Assembly: GCA_047967505.1 (NCBI GenBank)
Contig: CM106538.1
Length of the DNA stretch: 64,000 nt
Reading direction: 5' to 3' (one strand)
Origin: Dipteris shenzhenensis
Lineage: Eukaryota
Shown: piece by piece, positions 49,008 through 62,600 of the stretch
Layout of the letters: each line of letters starts with the position of its first letter
Position numbering within the stretch: the first letter of the stretch is position 1
Position numbers and translations under genes: made by a program
Notes under the pieces: generated by a model
The model's database searches: none
Told to the model about the DNA's origin: nothing
The model's input: the letters and a program-made list of their open reading frames with translations, nothing else

Positions 49008-49640
49008 AATCATCATTTATTATAATCGGATGCTACAAGCTCTCTAGGACTCCCTCGAGTCCCTAGTCAACAATTTTGAAACAATTCATGTAGCCTACCC
49101 TGTCATCGAGGAGGAAGGGCAAGAAGCCATAGCCATCATCAACTCTATGGCCCCCCCCCCAGATTGAAATTTCGTAGCCACCCTCTACAAATCCTGTACA
49201 CAATCCACCAATCCCGTCCCACCCCTTCTCCCTTGCAAAACCTCCCAGAATATTGCTATAATGCCTCCAACATTAGTTCAACATAGCACGGGGCCTCCCA
49301 ATCCATTTCCTCCAATGGGAATCATCATTTTGTATACTCAGGTGCTACAAGCTCTCCAGGACTCCCTCGAGTCCTTGAGCAGCAATTTTGAAACAATTCA
49401 TGTAGCCTACCCCGAAGATGTTTTCGACGAGGAAGGGCAAGAAGCCATAGCCATCATCAACTCTATTGCTGCCCCTAGCCAAATTTCCACAACCACTCCC
49501 TACAAATCCCGCCCAACCCCCCCTACAACTCACCAATCCTGTCCCACCCCCTCTCCCCTACACAAACCTCTCGAAATACTCCTCTAATGCCTCCAACACT
49601 AGCTTTGCATAGCACGGTACTTCCCAATCCATTTCCTCTT
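49008..49640 (+). repeat. Imperfect tandem duplication, ~310-320-bp unit
   Basis: AATCATCATTT...GCTACAAGCTCTC.AGGACTCCCTCGAGTCC starts at ~49008 and ~49320. Confidence 0.85.
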
Positions 49641-50184
49641 ATGCTCCTATCAACCTTCTAGATGAGGTGCTCAACATGCTCCTCAAGTTGGTACTTTTTT
49701 GTACACACTCCCATCGATCCATCGCCCACAGGGACTGCTGAGGAGGAACCTATGCCAAATGGCACTTGTGATGTCCCTCCAACACTCCCTCATCCCTGCC
49801 TAAAGATATCTAATGGCGGCCCCATCTGTAGTCCTTACAAGACTTACCTGACAGCGCCCTCGTGCATCACTAGAAGGCTCAACTCAAAGGCTCTTGCCTC
49901 CATCTCTACAAAAGAAAGGAAGTTCGCCCCCTCACTCAGTTCGTTACCCAATCCTTCAATGATTGGTGGTGAACCCATTCAAATTGTGCACACAGGATGG
50001 TTACCACTTAGCCCTCGACATGCCTGTTCCCCTAACCAACTCGGACACTAGCCTTCAACCCCATTGGAGCATCCCCTTTTTGAAGGAGAAATTTTGGTGC
50101 TACTATCGTAGTGCACACCTCAGGCGGTGGATTCATACCCTCTACATGACCATGGAAAGACAATGGACATGGGCCCACTTCCGA

Positions 50185-53100
50185 TGAGAGTGCTCTCAAC
50201 GAAAGCGGAACGGAAGAGGGAGAGAGAGAAATAGAGAGCCACACAAGTTTTTGGTGGCTGCAGAACACCCTAATCTTCTTTTTCATTCATTTCTATATGT
50301 GTTTGAGTATTGCACATAATCGGGGTAAAGGCACAGTGACCTTTAACCCCCACAACCTCCCACTTAAAGGACAATGTGCCTTTAAGGGAGAACAACCAAT
50401 GAGCATACTATCCAATGCCCATCAATACATGACAATACTCAAACCGTTGACTAGGTAGACTCTTCATCAGAATATTTGCAGGGTTATCATCTATATGAAC
50501 CTTGACAAGCTCTATGCGCTTGTCCTCAAGTACCTCCCTGATGAAATGATACCTGACCTCAATGTGTTTGGTCTTTGCATGAAAGACCGGATTCCGTGCT
50601 ACTAGCTGAATAGCACTCATGGAATCACTATGCAATGTCGGTACACTTGTATGAATCCCCGAATCTCCCACTAGTCGATCAAGCCATATAACCTCCTTGC
50701 AACCCTCTATGGCTGCAACATACTCAGCCTTTGTGGTAGACAAAGCAATGCACTTCTGTGCGTGAGACATTCATGACACTGCACTACCTGCAAAGGTGAA
50801 CACATAACCAGAAGTGGATCTCTTGCATATTCTGAATCTGTCTACCCAAGTACATGCATGTCTCCTCTACCAAAGTAGATACACATATCCTTGGTACCCT
50901 TCATGTACCTCATGATGCACTTAACTGCCTCCCAATGCCTCTTTCCTGGATTAGCCATATACCGGCTAACAATTCCCACTGCAAATGCAATGTCTGGTCT
51001 AGTACCTATTATAGCATACATAAGACTCCCAACTGCTGATGCATAAGGAACCTTGGCCATCATGGCCCTCTCCTCATCTGATTTGGGACTATCTATATGA
51101 CTCAATTTCACATATGGTGGCAATGGAGTACTCACTGCCTTCCCCCCCTCCATACTGAAACACTGCAATACTTTTGTAACATACTCCTTCTGTGAAAGCC
51201 AAAGGAGTTTCCTACTCTGATCATGCATGATGCGCATACCAAGAATATGACTTGCAAGTCCCAAATCCTTCATATCAAAGGCCTCATGCAACTTGGCCTT
51301 TAATGCATCTAGCTCATAAGTATTCTTGCTAGCCAATAGCATATCATCCACATATAGTGCCAGGAGAATCAAGCTATTATCCTTAGCCCTTTTAGTGTAG
51401 AGGCAGTGATCAATTTCACTCCTTCTAAAACCCTGGGACTGAATGAAAGAATCAAACTTCTAATACCATTCTCTAGGCACTTGCTTAAAACCATAGAGAC
51501 TCTTCTTTAGCTTGCAAACTAAATGCTCTTTGCCATTTTCTTCAAAGCCTTCCGGTTGCACCATGTAAATTTCCTCATACAGATCCCCATGCAAAATAAG
51601 CTCCATATCCACTGCTGCCACTAGTCCAAGCATGCATCTAAGTGTGGTCATCTTCACAATCAGAGAGAATATCTCATCAAAGTCCACACCCTTATCTTGC
51701 TTGAACCATTTAGTGACCAAACGGTGGGCCTTGTACCTAGGCACATCATCACCTATGACCTTCATTTTGTAAACCCATTTACATGGCAATGCTTTCTTTC
51801 CATGAGGAAACTCCCTGGCAAAGGAACCAAGTCCCAAGTCTTATTCTTCATAAGTGAACTCATCTTTGATTGCATAGCATACTCCCACTTGTGTTGATCC
51901 TCCCACATCATAGCCTCTCTGTAGCAAGAAGGCTCCCCACAGTCAGTAAGCATCACATAGTCACCTATCAAGTGGTCTAGACACTCTAGATCTTCTCAAG
52001 GGCATTTCAGCTTGCTGTCCCACCTACATATCAGCCACATTTGTCTCATCATTTCCACTAATAGATGATCCATCATCTACCCTTGATTGTATACCTGTGG
52101 AAGTACTTGGTGGTACCATTTCTTGCACATTTGGTACATGGACAACTTGCTATCTATCAACATATGCAGGTGGATTCACATCCTGGAAAGTGATTCTCCT
52201 CATTTTCACATCCCTCATGCGTGCCTTATGCATCTTCTTCTCATTGAAGGCTACATCATGGTTGTGTATAATCTTCTTTACTTCTGGATCCCAGAGACGA
52301 TAACCCATCTCTCCACTTTCACCATAACCCAGAAAGATGCATTTCCTAGACTTAGGATCTAGCTTCTTTCGAAGCTCTTTTGGCACATGTGCATATGCCT
52401 CACACCCAAATATACGCAAATGAGAGTAAGAGGGCTTCTTGCCACTCCATGCCTCTTCAGGAATACCACCATCCAAACTCTTACTAGGTGATCTATTGAT
52501 CACATGCACTGTAGTCTTCAGTGCCTCATCTTTTCTACTACTGGATTTTGCTTTGGAGGACGAGGGGATGTGAGCTCCCTCTTAATCCCACCTGTATCAT
52601 AGAAATGCTGAAAGTCATGAGAGAGATACTCTCCACCATTGTTAGTTTGTAGGCATTTAAGCGTTCTACCTGACTGATTCTCAACAAGGCTAGCCATTTC
52701 TGAAATACCTGGAACACATCACTCTTCTGAGCTATAGCATAAGCCCCCACTTTCCTAGTTGCATCACAATGAATGTCACATAGTATTCAGCCCCGCCTAA
52801 TGACCGTGTAGGCATGGGACCACATACGTCTGAATGCACCAAATCAAGCTTTTCAAACTCTTTCTTTCCCCTTCTTTTATGGGCAGATTTAGTCTGCTTC
52901 CCATAGAGACAGTGCATATGAAATTCAAAATCAAAGAAACTCAAATGCGGTACATAACCCAAACGGCATAAGAGTTTCATCCCATTTTGGCTCATATGGC
53001 CCAACCGGCAATGCTATAAAGAAGTGCTTGGCTGCTCAGTTATTACAACAACATGATCAAACACCCTAATACATGCAAGGGATACAAAGTCCCACACTTG

Positions 53101-56005
53101 GCACCCCTGGCCAAAAGCATAGAACCCTTTTGAATTTTCCAACTCCCAGAACCAAAGATGGTCTGAAAACCAGCATCATCTAGCTGACTCATTGAAATGA
53201 GACTCTTGATGAGCTTAGGCACATGTCTCACATTTTTCAAAATAAATGCAGACCCATTTGCAAAAGAAAACTTTATGTCACCTACTCCCACTATGTCACA
53301 TGCATAGTCATTTCCAAGATGCACACAACCTATCTTTCCAGTGTCATAAGTGGAGAACCATTCCCTATGGGGAGTAACATGGAATGAAGCACCAGAATCC
53401 AAAATCCAATCTTGGGAATATGTAGCATCTGAATGGTAAGGAACTCTGTAGATTAACTAGACATGAAGAGAATGTCATTGTCACTATCATGTGTGACTGC
53501 ATTGATCTCCTCGATCTTCACTTTTCCTTTGTCCTCCCAAGGACTCTCTTCCTTTTGATTTGCACCCTAATTTGCATTCTTTTTCTTATGTTTTTGCACT
53601 CTTTTAAGCTTGTAGCAATCCTTTTTCATGTGGCCTTTCTTGCCACAATAGTGACACTCAATGTTCCATGCCCTGGACTTGCTATGGGACTTCCCTCTTT
53701 CTTGAAACTTCCCCCTGGGCCCCTTTGCACATTTAAGGTTGCATCCTGCTTGTTGCCTTCCATTAACTTTTGTCTAATCTCCTCAGCCAACAAGCTACCA
53801 ACTACATCATCAAAGTTCAATACTCCACCAGGTGCAGAGTTATTGATAGCAGTACGGAAAGTATCCCATGAGGATGGTAATGAGCATAAGAGAAATATTG
53901 CCCTCATTTTTGCATCGAAATTCAGATTTTGAGCTTGAAGCTGACTGAAAATGATATTAAATTCATTCAAGTGCAAAGCTATGGATACTCCCTCCTTCAT
54001 GTGTAGCTCAAACAATCTCTTCATGAGATAGACTTTGTTTGAGGCAGTCTCTTTCTCATATGAGGCACACAGCTTTTTCCATAAAGCTTCCATAGTCTTT
54101 TCAATAACTACTGTGAAATAAACTATCTCCCCAAGATGAAGTCTAATGGTAGACTTTGCCAATGCATCCAAATCATTCCATTCATCTGTGGACATAGCTG
54201 CAGCTTAGCTATAATCCCTTGCAAGGGATTTATCTGCTTCTTTTGAAGAAGCACATCCTTTATCTGTTCTTTCCACAAAGAAAAGTTTGTCCCATCAAAC
54301 TTTTTAATGCTGAAAAACCCTTGTTTAGACATGGAAGAGAATGCCATGATGCAAGAAAAATCCCAAATGCTAGTGCCTGCAAGAGACAATCACACCAAAT
54401 ACCAGGTGCACCCAAATGTGTATGCCACAATAGAGTGAAATATCACCAAAACTCAAAGCTCAAAGCATCAAAAAGATACAGCTGACTCATGTGCATGTAC
54501 TATGCATCCATATTAGCAAATCTGGCCCAAAAGAAAATGCCAACTGCAATGGCAATCCAAAATGCCAATAAGGGCCAAATTTCTCAAGCATAAACACCGT
54601 CCATGGGCATATGCATCAATAATATCTCATCCAAGAGAGCATAACACTATCACTTCATCACTTGCAATGTGTCAAATGGCTATCCCTCAGCATAAAATAG
54701 CATCCATGTGCAAAGCATCCATAAAAAATAGCATCCCACAAGACAATCTGGGCCTATCAACGCATCCAATAAGGATCACAATGCATCCAAATGGCTTATA
54801 AATCATCCACTGCAACCCAATGCACACCACAAATGAGTGCACATGGATCAAACTACAACCAAAGTGATCTGCATAAGGTATGCTCAAGAAATCATGGTCC
54901 CATAGCAATGACCGCTACTGAAAATAGGACCTTATGCTCAAGAAATCATGGTCCCATAGCAATGACCGCTACTAAAAATAGAACCTGAGATGCCTCAAAA
55001 CATGGGCACCATTGCATAATCGGACTCAGCAAGACAATCTACAAATATCTCTCTTCTACTGGAACTCCAAAATCCCAACCGATGAGTGAGAAATGGGAGT
55101 CAACACTTATCCACTGCCATGTGGCATAAATCTAAGGTTTCAAAACCTTAGAATGAAAAATGCATAATAGAGGGACGAAATCAAATACACAAAGATCTTT
55201 AACTCTGAAAATACTCCACCGAATCGTGCAAGAACTGATAGGTAGGGGTTTCTAGGCATCTAAAATGCAATGGGACATGCAGTTTTAGAAACCGTGGTCC
55301 CAATCACTGGGTTCAACACACATACTGAAAAAAGTTTTTGGAAACTGAACTATTTGTAAACTCCACCAAAGTGCGAATGATGAGCAACATAGAAGTTTTA
55401 GGACCTCTTGAGTCCACCGAAATTGACAGATCTGCAAATGGTTGCTCCAAACTTGAGTTCCAACACCCAGGCAGAAAAACGTTGAAACTGACATAGTGAG
55501 TCAGAAATCCAACGAAATGATCCCAAATTCAAGAATGAAGGTGTTTCCAAACTCCTTCAAAAGTGAAATGGACACCAAAAGCAGGCAATGGTTGCCTCTA
55601 CAAGTCAATACAGAGTCTCTGTCATCGAACAGAATAGGGAAAAGCTTTAAAAAATGACTTTTTCTTTGAAAACACTTAACAATCTCTTAAAACCACTTCG
55701 CAAAACCAAAGTGACTTTTCCAAAGGTTCCTTTAAGGTCTTTGTGCACTCAGATGCAAGTAAAATCACCCACAAAGCTTCCCACAGAGCTATCGAGCTTC
55801 AAGGCATTCACGTACACTCAGTTAGATCACCCAGGCTCTGATACTAGTTGAGAGTGCTCTCAACAGAAGCAGAACGGAAGAGGGAGAGAGAGAAATAGAG
55901 AGCTACACAAGTTTTTGGTGGGTGCAAAACACCCTAATCTTCTTTTTCATTCATTTATATATGTGTTTTAGTATTGTATGTAATTAGGGTAAAGGAACCC
56001 CCACA
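50185..56005 (-). mobile_element. Full-length but decayed Ty1/Copia D with short LTRs
   Basis: LTRs at 50185-50354 and 55849-56005, TSD TCCGA at 50180-50184/56006-56010, PBS at 55835-55846 (1 mismatch), PPT after 50354; gag-pol fragments 50408-54347 (DSGASFHV, HSDVCGP, YVDDML). Confidence 0.95.
54879..54986. repeat. 54-bp tandem repeat x2 in the Copia D leader
   Basis: TATGCTCAAGAAATCATGGTCCCATAGCAATGACCGCTACT... at 54879 and 54933. Confidence 0.95.
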
Positions 56006-56513
56006 TCCGAGAGCTCCAAAAAAAGGATCCAAATATTATTTACAACTTCCCAAAGTACAATTTTCCCAAGAAAATGACTCAGGAGGGATTTTGCTTCTAT
56101 CTCCAACCATCTATCTCCAGCCATTCAACAAAACCTACGGCTCTGATCTAGAACCTGCAGTTGTTGTAGCGGTGCACTTAAACTGCCTACTACTCTGTGA
56201 TCTCTCTGCACATAGTCGGCCCATTGACGATAAGCTCCATAATCTCAACAACCAGATTGTATTCAACCCCGAAATTGGCCCCTCTCAGCTCCATGACCTC
56301 TACCTCTACCTTTGAGTCTACAACCTCCATGGCCATCACATTCGCACTTTGAGGAATGCATGCCACCCACTTCTGGACATTCCACTCTTATTTCATGTGG
56401 ATCACCCCCCACCAATTGGACCACTATGTAGTCCTCCATATATTCCTCTCTAGCCACCACCTACTCTAGTGTGGCTGATACTAGGACAACTCAGCAATAG
56501 CAGGAAAAGGGCA

Positions 56514-56635
56514 TGTTAATAGCCACAACCATGGAGCATCGTGACGGATCTGTCCCTATGGGTTTTGAGCCACAAATGACTAAACATCAATCGGGTCCTA
56601 TGGGGTTTGAGCCACAAATGGCTCAACATCGATGC
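56514..56635 (+). repeat. Truncated 3' LTR of the Athila-like element
   Basis: Preceded by AGGAAAAGGG; similar to 44416-44540. Confidence 0.7.
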
Positions 56636-56677
56636 ACGTTTTAGAAAAATTTGAGATCCCAAAAAGAGTCGACTTCT

Positions 56678-57108
56678 AAATAACAACCCTTGAGCATGAA
56701 GAGTTGTGACTACGATGGTGCCCCTCAAAAAGTTTACCATGCTCAAACCCCATGAGGTGAGCAGAGGGGCAGTAAGGGTCAAATCAAACCTCCATTGGCT
56801 AACATATGTGGGTGCCACTACTGCTCACACCATGAGTTCTCCTCCAATTGGGGATCTCAGTGAGTAAAGTTACCTCTCCACCAGTCAGCTCCAAATAACA
56901 ACCCTTGAGCATGAAGAGTTGACTACGATGGTGCCCCTCAAAATGTTTACCATGCTCAAACCCCATGAGGTGAGCAGAGGGGTAGTAAGGGTCAAATCAG
57001 ACCTCCATTGGCTAACATATGTGGGTGCCACTACTGCTCACACCATGAGTTCTCCTCTAATTGGGGATTTCAGTGAGTAAAGTTACCTCTCCACCAGCAG
57101 TCAGCTCC
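56678..57108 (+). repeat. Near-identical 215-bp tandem duplication in a Gypsy remnant
   Basis: AAATAACAACCCTTGAGCATGAAGAG at 56678 and 56893. Confidence 0.95.
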
Positions 57109-57593
57109 ATGAGTGCCATGCAAGAGCCCCCCTCTATTGTAATGGTCACCTCCCCATCTATAAGCCCCCATATGAGGAGAACATGGGGGAGGTAGACCTA
57201 GGGATGTATAGACTACCACATGGGTAGAGAATGGGGGTGCCACATGGGCAGCACATGAGCGGTCATGTGGATAGCACAAGAGTCCTTGTGCATGAGGCAT
57301 GAAGCCCTGGATCTGCTGGACCTAGCAAGACAGAACTATAGAGCAGGCCTACGGCCTACAATTGAGCCCTATGAAAGGCACGATGACATCATCACAGTGG
57401 TACAGAGCTGTATGGCATTGGAGAAGGGGTTGGCAAAGGCACAACATAGTGGGGGTTACCAGCAGTAGTCTGGTAGGCCACTAGTAGGGGTGGTTCTAGC
57501 TAGCCTACCATGCCTAGAAAATGGCAGGGTAGAAGGGGGCTAGACCCTACATATATAGAAGGGGAGCAACCCTTGAAGTGAGGGGCAAATAGT

Positions 57594-59178
57594 TGTGTGG
57601 GCCAGGGGCCCTGGTTATGAGAGCCCTTAAAGGGTGGCTTTGTAGTAGCCTAGTTGGCCTGATTGACTTGGCCAGATTGAGGCTGCTGGAAGTTTTTTCA
57701 AGCAGGACCTGGGCCTATAAAAGAGGGCCACTCAGTCCTCATTTCACATCACTTGGAGCAGCCCTCAACTAGCACATATAGGAGCAGAAGAACAACCTCC
57801 TTGGGCTCACATTCAAGAGGTGAAGGTGACCCAAAACAAGTTGCAAACTAAGCTAGAGGTGCTGCCCACCTAGGCTAGCTTCCAGAAAGCAAGGTGGAAG
57901 GGATCTTGACAGAGAGTCTACATATGCTCGAGGTGGAGCATGCAGGCTTAGAGATCTAGAAGTGCTTGACATCTAGTAGGAGAACCTTTTGGTATTGTAT
58001 CACATCCTACATTGTGGACGGATGGAAATATAAAGAGTTGCTTCTTTATTTGTTTCTGAGCATTGTCTATTTACTGGCTTGCATATCTATGCACATTAAG
58101 TTAAAAATTCTATGATTCCACACCCCACACGCACACTGTGTGAGCTCTTGGGCATTACTATCAGTCTTTCGCTATGCGTACCCTCTGTTGGGTCATTTCT
58201 AACATGGTATCAGAGCCCAAGTAGGAGGCTCACAGGTGTGGGAGCCTGAAGACATGGACCTTGCTGAAGGACAACCCTAATTCAAAAGCTCTTGGGAATA
58301 TACTTCCACCATGACTAGAGGATTATGCCCTTGAGAGAAGGAGGGTGATTCAGGTTCAGTCAGGTGCGTTCAGAGTTCTGGTCTACCGAAATTTGAGTTT
58401 GGTTAACTTTGCTATGTGGTATAACACCAGAGATGTCGACCTCCGCTACAGCCTCTTCAGCCCCTGCTCTCCCTTCCTCCTCCCCCAGTTGCCTCTCATT
58501 CACTATCCCTATCTTTGGAGAGTCTAGGAAACTAGACGAGTCCAACTACCCAATCTAGAAAGTGAAGATCCGGAGTCATTTAGTGGCTCGAAAGCTATGT
58601 AAACTGACAATAGGAGTGGAGGCAAATCAGAGGACATGGTGGTAGGCAAGGGAACATACTCATGGCAATTGTCACAGAGAGGAGCTTGAAGCTTGGGAAG
58701 ATAGAGATGCCCATGCCCTGACATTAATCATTGGGACTACGGCAAACTATGTGCTTCCACATATCTAGATGGCCAAGAAGTCAGTAGAGGCATGGGTCAC
58801 TTTGAAGGATCTATACGAGACAGACAACATCTCTAGGGCCAAAAGCCCTAAATGTGTGGGCCAAGGGCTCTGGTTATGAGAACCCTTGAAGGGCGGTTTT
58901 GTAGCAGCCTGGTCAGCCTGATTGGGTCAACCAAATTGAGGTTGCTAGTCGGTTTTTCCAAGTAGGCCTTGGGCCTATAAAACAGGGTTATTCAATCCTC
59001 ATTTCACATCACTTGGAGCAGCCCTCAACCAGCAGATAGGAGCAGCAAAAGGACCTACCTTGGGCCTACATTCAAGAGATGAATGTGACCTAGAACAAAA
59101 GCTGTAGACTAAGCTAGAGGTGCTGCCCATCTAGGTTGGCTTTTGGATAGCAAGGTGGAAGGGATCTAGACAGAGAGT
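57594..59178 (+). mobile_element. LTR (57594-58204) + PBS (58205-58216) + short internal region + truncated diverged second LTR (58853-59178)
   Basis: TGTGTGGG...TCTAACA followed by TGGTATCAGAGC; the second copy aligns over ~325 bp. Confidence 0.75.
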
Positions 59179-59681
59179 GTAGTTCCAAGCCATGCAGCCC
59201 TTGTAATCTTAAAGGAGGGGAATTAAAGCATGCTCCTTGTTGAGGGTGAGGTCATCTACTATGTATACTGGTTGTGGTGGGTTCGCCACTTCCAGCGTCA
59301 AGTTTAGTTCCTTAACCTTAGCTTGGCTATTGCATCCTTGGAAGCACCCTTCTTCTTGGGTTCTATTGGCATGTTGGTATAAGATCTTATGATCCTCGAT
59401 TGTGTAGGCCTTGTGATGGGAAGGTACCTATGGATGTAGGTCCTCTTTTTCTTCATCCTCCTCATCCACTCCCCTTTGGGTGGTTTCCCCCTTGGCTCCA
59501 GTGGCAGCCTTCGGGCTTTGGAACTTGGGAGCTTTGGACCTGAGGGTGTTAGAAATGGCCCAACAGAGGGTATGCACAGTAGAAGACTAATAGTAATGCC
59601 TAGGAGCTCACATAGTGTTCGTGTGGGGTGTGGAATCATATACTTCTTAACTCAATGTGCATAAATGTGCAAGCCAATAAT

Positions 59682-62600
59682 TGTTGGGGTAAAGGGCAGT
59701 GTGCCCACCCACTTGTACAGTGCCCATGTATACTCATATATATAAGATAGAGGAATAAGCTGGAGTAGCTTTTGCTCCACCACATTTTGGTGTCTCCTTA
59801 CCCCTTTGTGTGTGCTCTCCTCTCCCACAACTGGTATCAGAGCCCATGGCGTTACGAGGAGCTCAGTGAGAGGAGAATGGGCACTGCTTCGAGAGATCTA
59901 CCAGGAGCTTTGGAGAGCTTGATTCTCTCATTCACGAAGAGATTTTGGGTAGACATCATCCAAATCTGTTTGCTCTACAATGCAGCTGCAAGAATCACTT
60001 TGGGTTATCTTCCAGCGCTCCAATGCTCTAGCAACCTAGCGTTGGAAGGAGACCGCTGTCCGTTGGTCTTGACGTTGTCTCATGGGAGCCTATCGTTGGC
60101 TGTTGATGCATCCTTTGCAGCAAGTGGCTGGCCGTTGTGCTTGTTGGAGGCGTTGGTTATCATGGGCAGCTAGTAGATAGGCGTCAAGAGCAATTGTTGC
60201 TGCTATTCTGTGAGCCAGGAGTCGGTTGGTGAGCAACTTCTTTGGCGTAGGAGACCGTGAAGGAGCACTGGAGAGCTGCATATGCAACTTGTGGTGGAGT
60301 TCGCACAGTCCTCTGATTGCGATTCCGTCGATGCCAGGCTTCCTAAAAATTTGCAATTGTGCTACCTATAACCTCACATCGAGGTTTCCTCCCTGTAGAT
60401 TTGGGTCTTATTTTGGCGCCATAGCCATTCTTGGCACTTGCAGAAGTACGCCTTGTAGACATTGTGTGGGATATGTGCTTGTGCACTATGCAGCTTCTTT
60501 TGGTTGCAGTTGAGCTTTGTTAGCTCGCATTTTCCCATGCATTTGGGTCCTTGTATGGACATACTCTGGCGCATCTTAGTCCTTGTGAACATTCCGTTAC
60601 AATTAGTCAGTGGGTTACATATCTTTTTTTGCAGATACATCACTTTGGTAGTGGCAGTGACACATGCTTTGACAGTGGTACATGCCTGGTTGAGATGCAT
60701 TGACAGTTTGTTAGATGCATGGTTATTTGCCTATGTTGGATACATACGGTGGTACGGTGATGTATAGAGATCCTGTCAAATGAGCATTGTTTGGAGCTGT
60801 TTTCAAAGCTGATTTGATACCGTATTCGGGGCTGATTTTATGGCATTGTGTTTGCCATTGGTCAGGACATTACAATTGCTGCTGTTGCTGTTTTTATGAC
60901 AAAACAGTCATTTTCAAGACTGAATATCTCTTTTCTGGTGCGGAATTGCACTTTGTGCCGAACTGGAAAGTTGTAGTTCACAGAAAATACTACAACTTTT
61001 CTTTTGAAAGCAAGTTGATCCGGTATAAGCTACAGGAGTTACAGCCTCTGCAAGACCACAAAAAGTTGCAGTCTACTGTCTATCTGTGACCAATGTGCAG
61101 GAAGTTGTTTTTCAGGTGAGAATATCTGAGAATCCGCAAGGATTTTGCTCTTGAGGTCAACTGACAAGCTGTAGATCTTTCTACCAGCTACAACTTTGCT
61201 GTTTACAGCTTTGGCATCCGGTCTTTCAGTGAAAAGATATCGCTGTTCAAAGACAGGGACAGCGTGTTATTTTGCCCAAAGTGGCTGTGAGGTATTGTTG
61301 TAGGAATTTCTCTTGCACAACAGTGAATTGGGAACTCACAGTAAATTACAGAAAGTGATTGGAATCTCACTTCAGTCCAAGGGCATTATTGGCATTTTGG
61401 TAAGTCACTTTGGCACATTTGGCAAGTGGTAAATGCTTGATTTTGTTGCCAAACAATTGCGCGCTTGAGGTGATGCATTGGTGATGCAGTAAATGCCATT
61501 TCGATGCATTATGGATTTGCATTGGTGGATGCTGCACTGATGTTTATGGATAGTTGAGCTGGGCTCCTATTGCCATTGGTTGAGCAGGCATTGCTCATTT
61601 GGTTCAGTGCATTTCTTACTTGGATTGCTAGGCATTGGTAGGTTACTGGGCTGCATATATTCTTGTTTATTCCTCTTTATGGCTGAGTGCTTTTGAGCAT
61701 TGGATCAGCCAGTTTATTTGGAGACCTGATTGGTCTGGACAACACTATATTTTTGGTCATTTGGGTTGCCTATTGCACTATACTGCTCTTTGGTTGTGAC
61801 CTATTGTGCCACAGATATGGCATCTACAGCTGGTAGTGTCCTCTTTGATATTGAGAGGTTGGATGGATCAAACTTTCAGTATTGGAAAGAGCAGATTTAT
61901 GATGTGTTAGTGCAGAAGAGGCAACATAAGCCCATTCAATGCAAAGGTGTCAAGCCTAATAGCATCAAACAAAGTGATTGGGATGACATGGATGAGCAAG
62001 CATGCTCTATCATTCAGTCATCACTCTCGAAGTCAGTCTACTTGCAGGTACAGGATGGTGTACAGGGTGTAGATTACCATGCATATGAGTTTTATACTCA
62101 TATATGCCGGATGTATGACCATGATAGTGTTATGTTACAGCATGATGGGCTGAAATGTACTGATGGGCTGAATTACAGCCTTGATATGCACTCCAAAGGT
62201 CGAAACAGGTCATGTTCAAGGGGGAATTCCAAGAGCAAGTCTAGCTCTCGGACTTGTGTTAGATGTTTCTATTGTGGAAAGTATGGCCACATGAAAAAGT
62301 ATTGCTGGAAATGGCTGAGAAAATACAAGAAGAAGAGCAAGGTTAAGAATGACAGGAAGAAGGAGAAGAAGCATGTTGAGCTTCAAGGCGTGGATGCCAG
62401 GGTTTCCACTGACAGTAGCAGTGATGAAGGCATTCTTTTATCTATGTCTGACACCTCCTTTTTGGCCACTGATGTACCCATTCTCGGTGATTGGATATTA
62501 GATCCATGTGCTTCATGTCATATGACCCCTCATAGGTCATGGTTCAGTGCATATCAGGAATGCATTGTGGAGAGTAGTTTGATGGGCATTGATCATTCTA

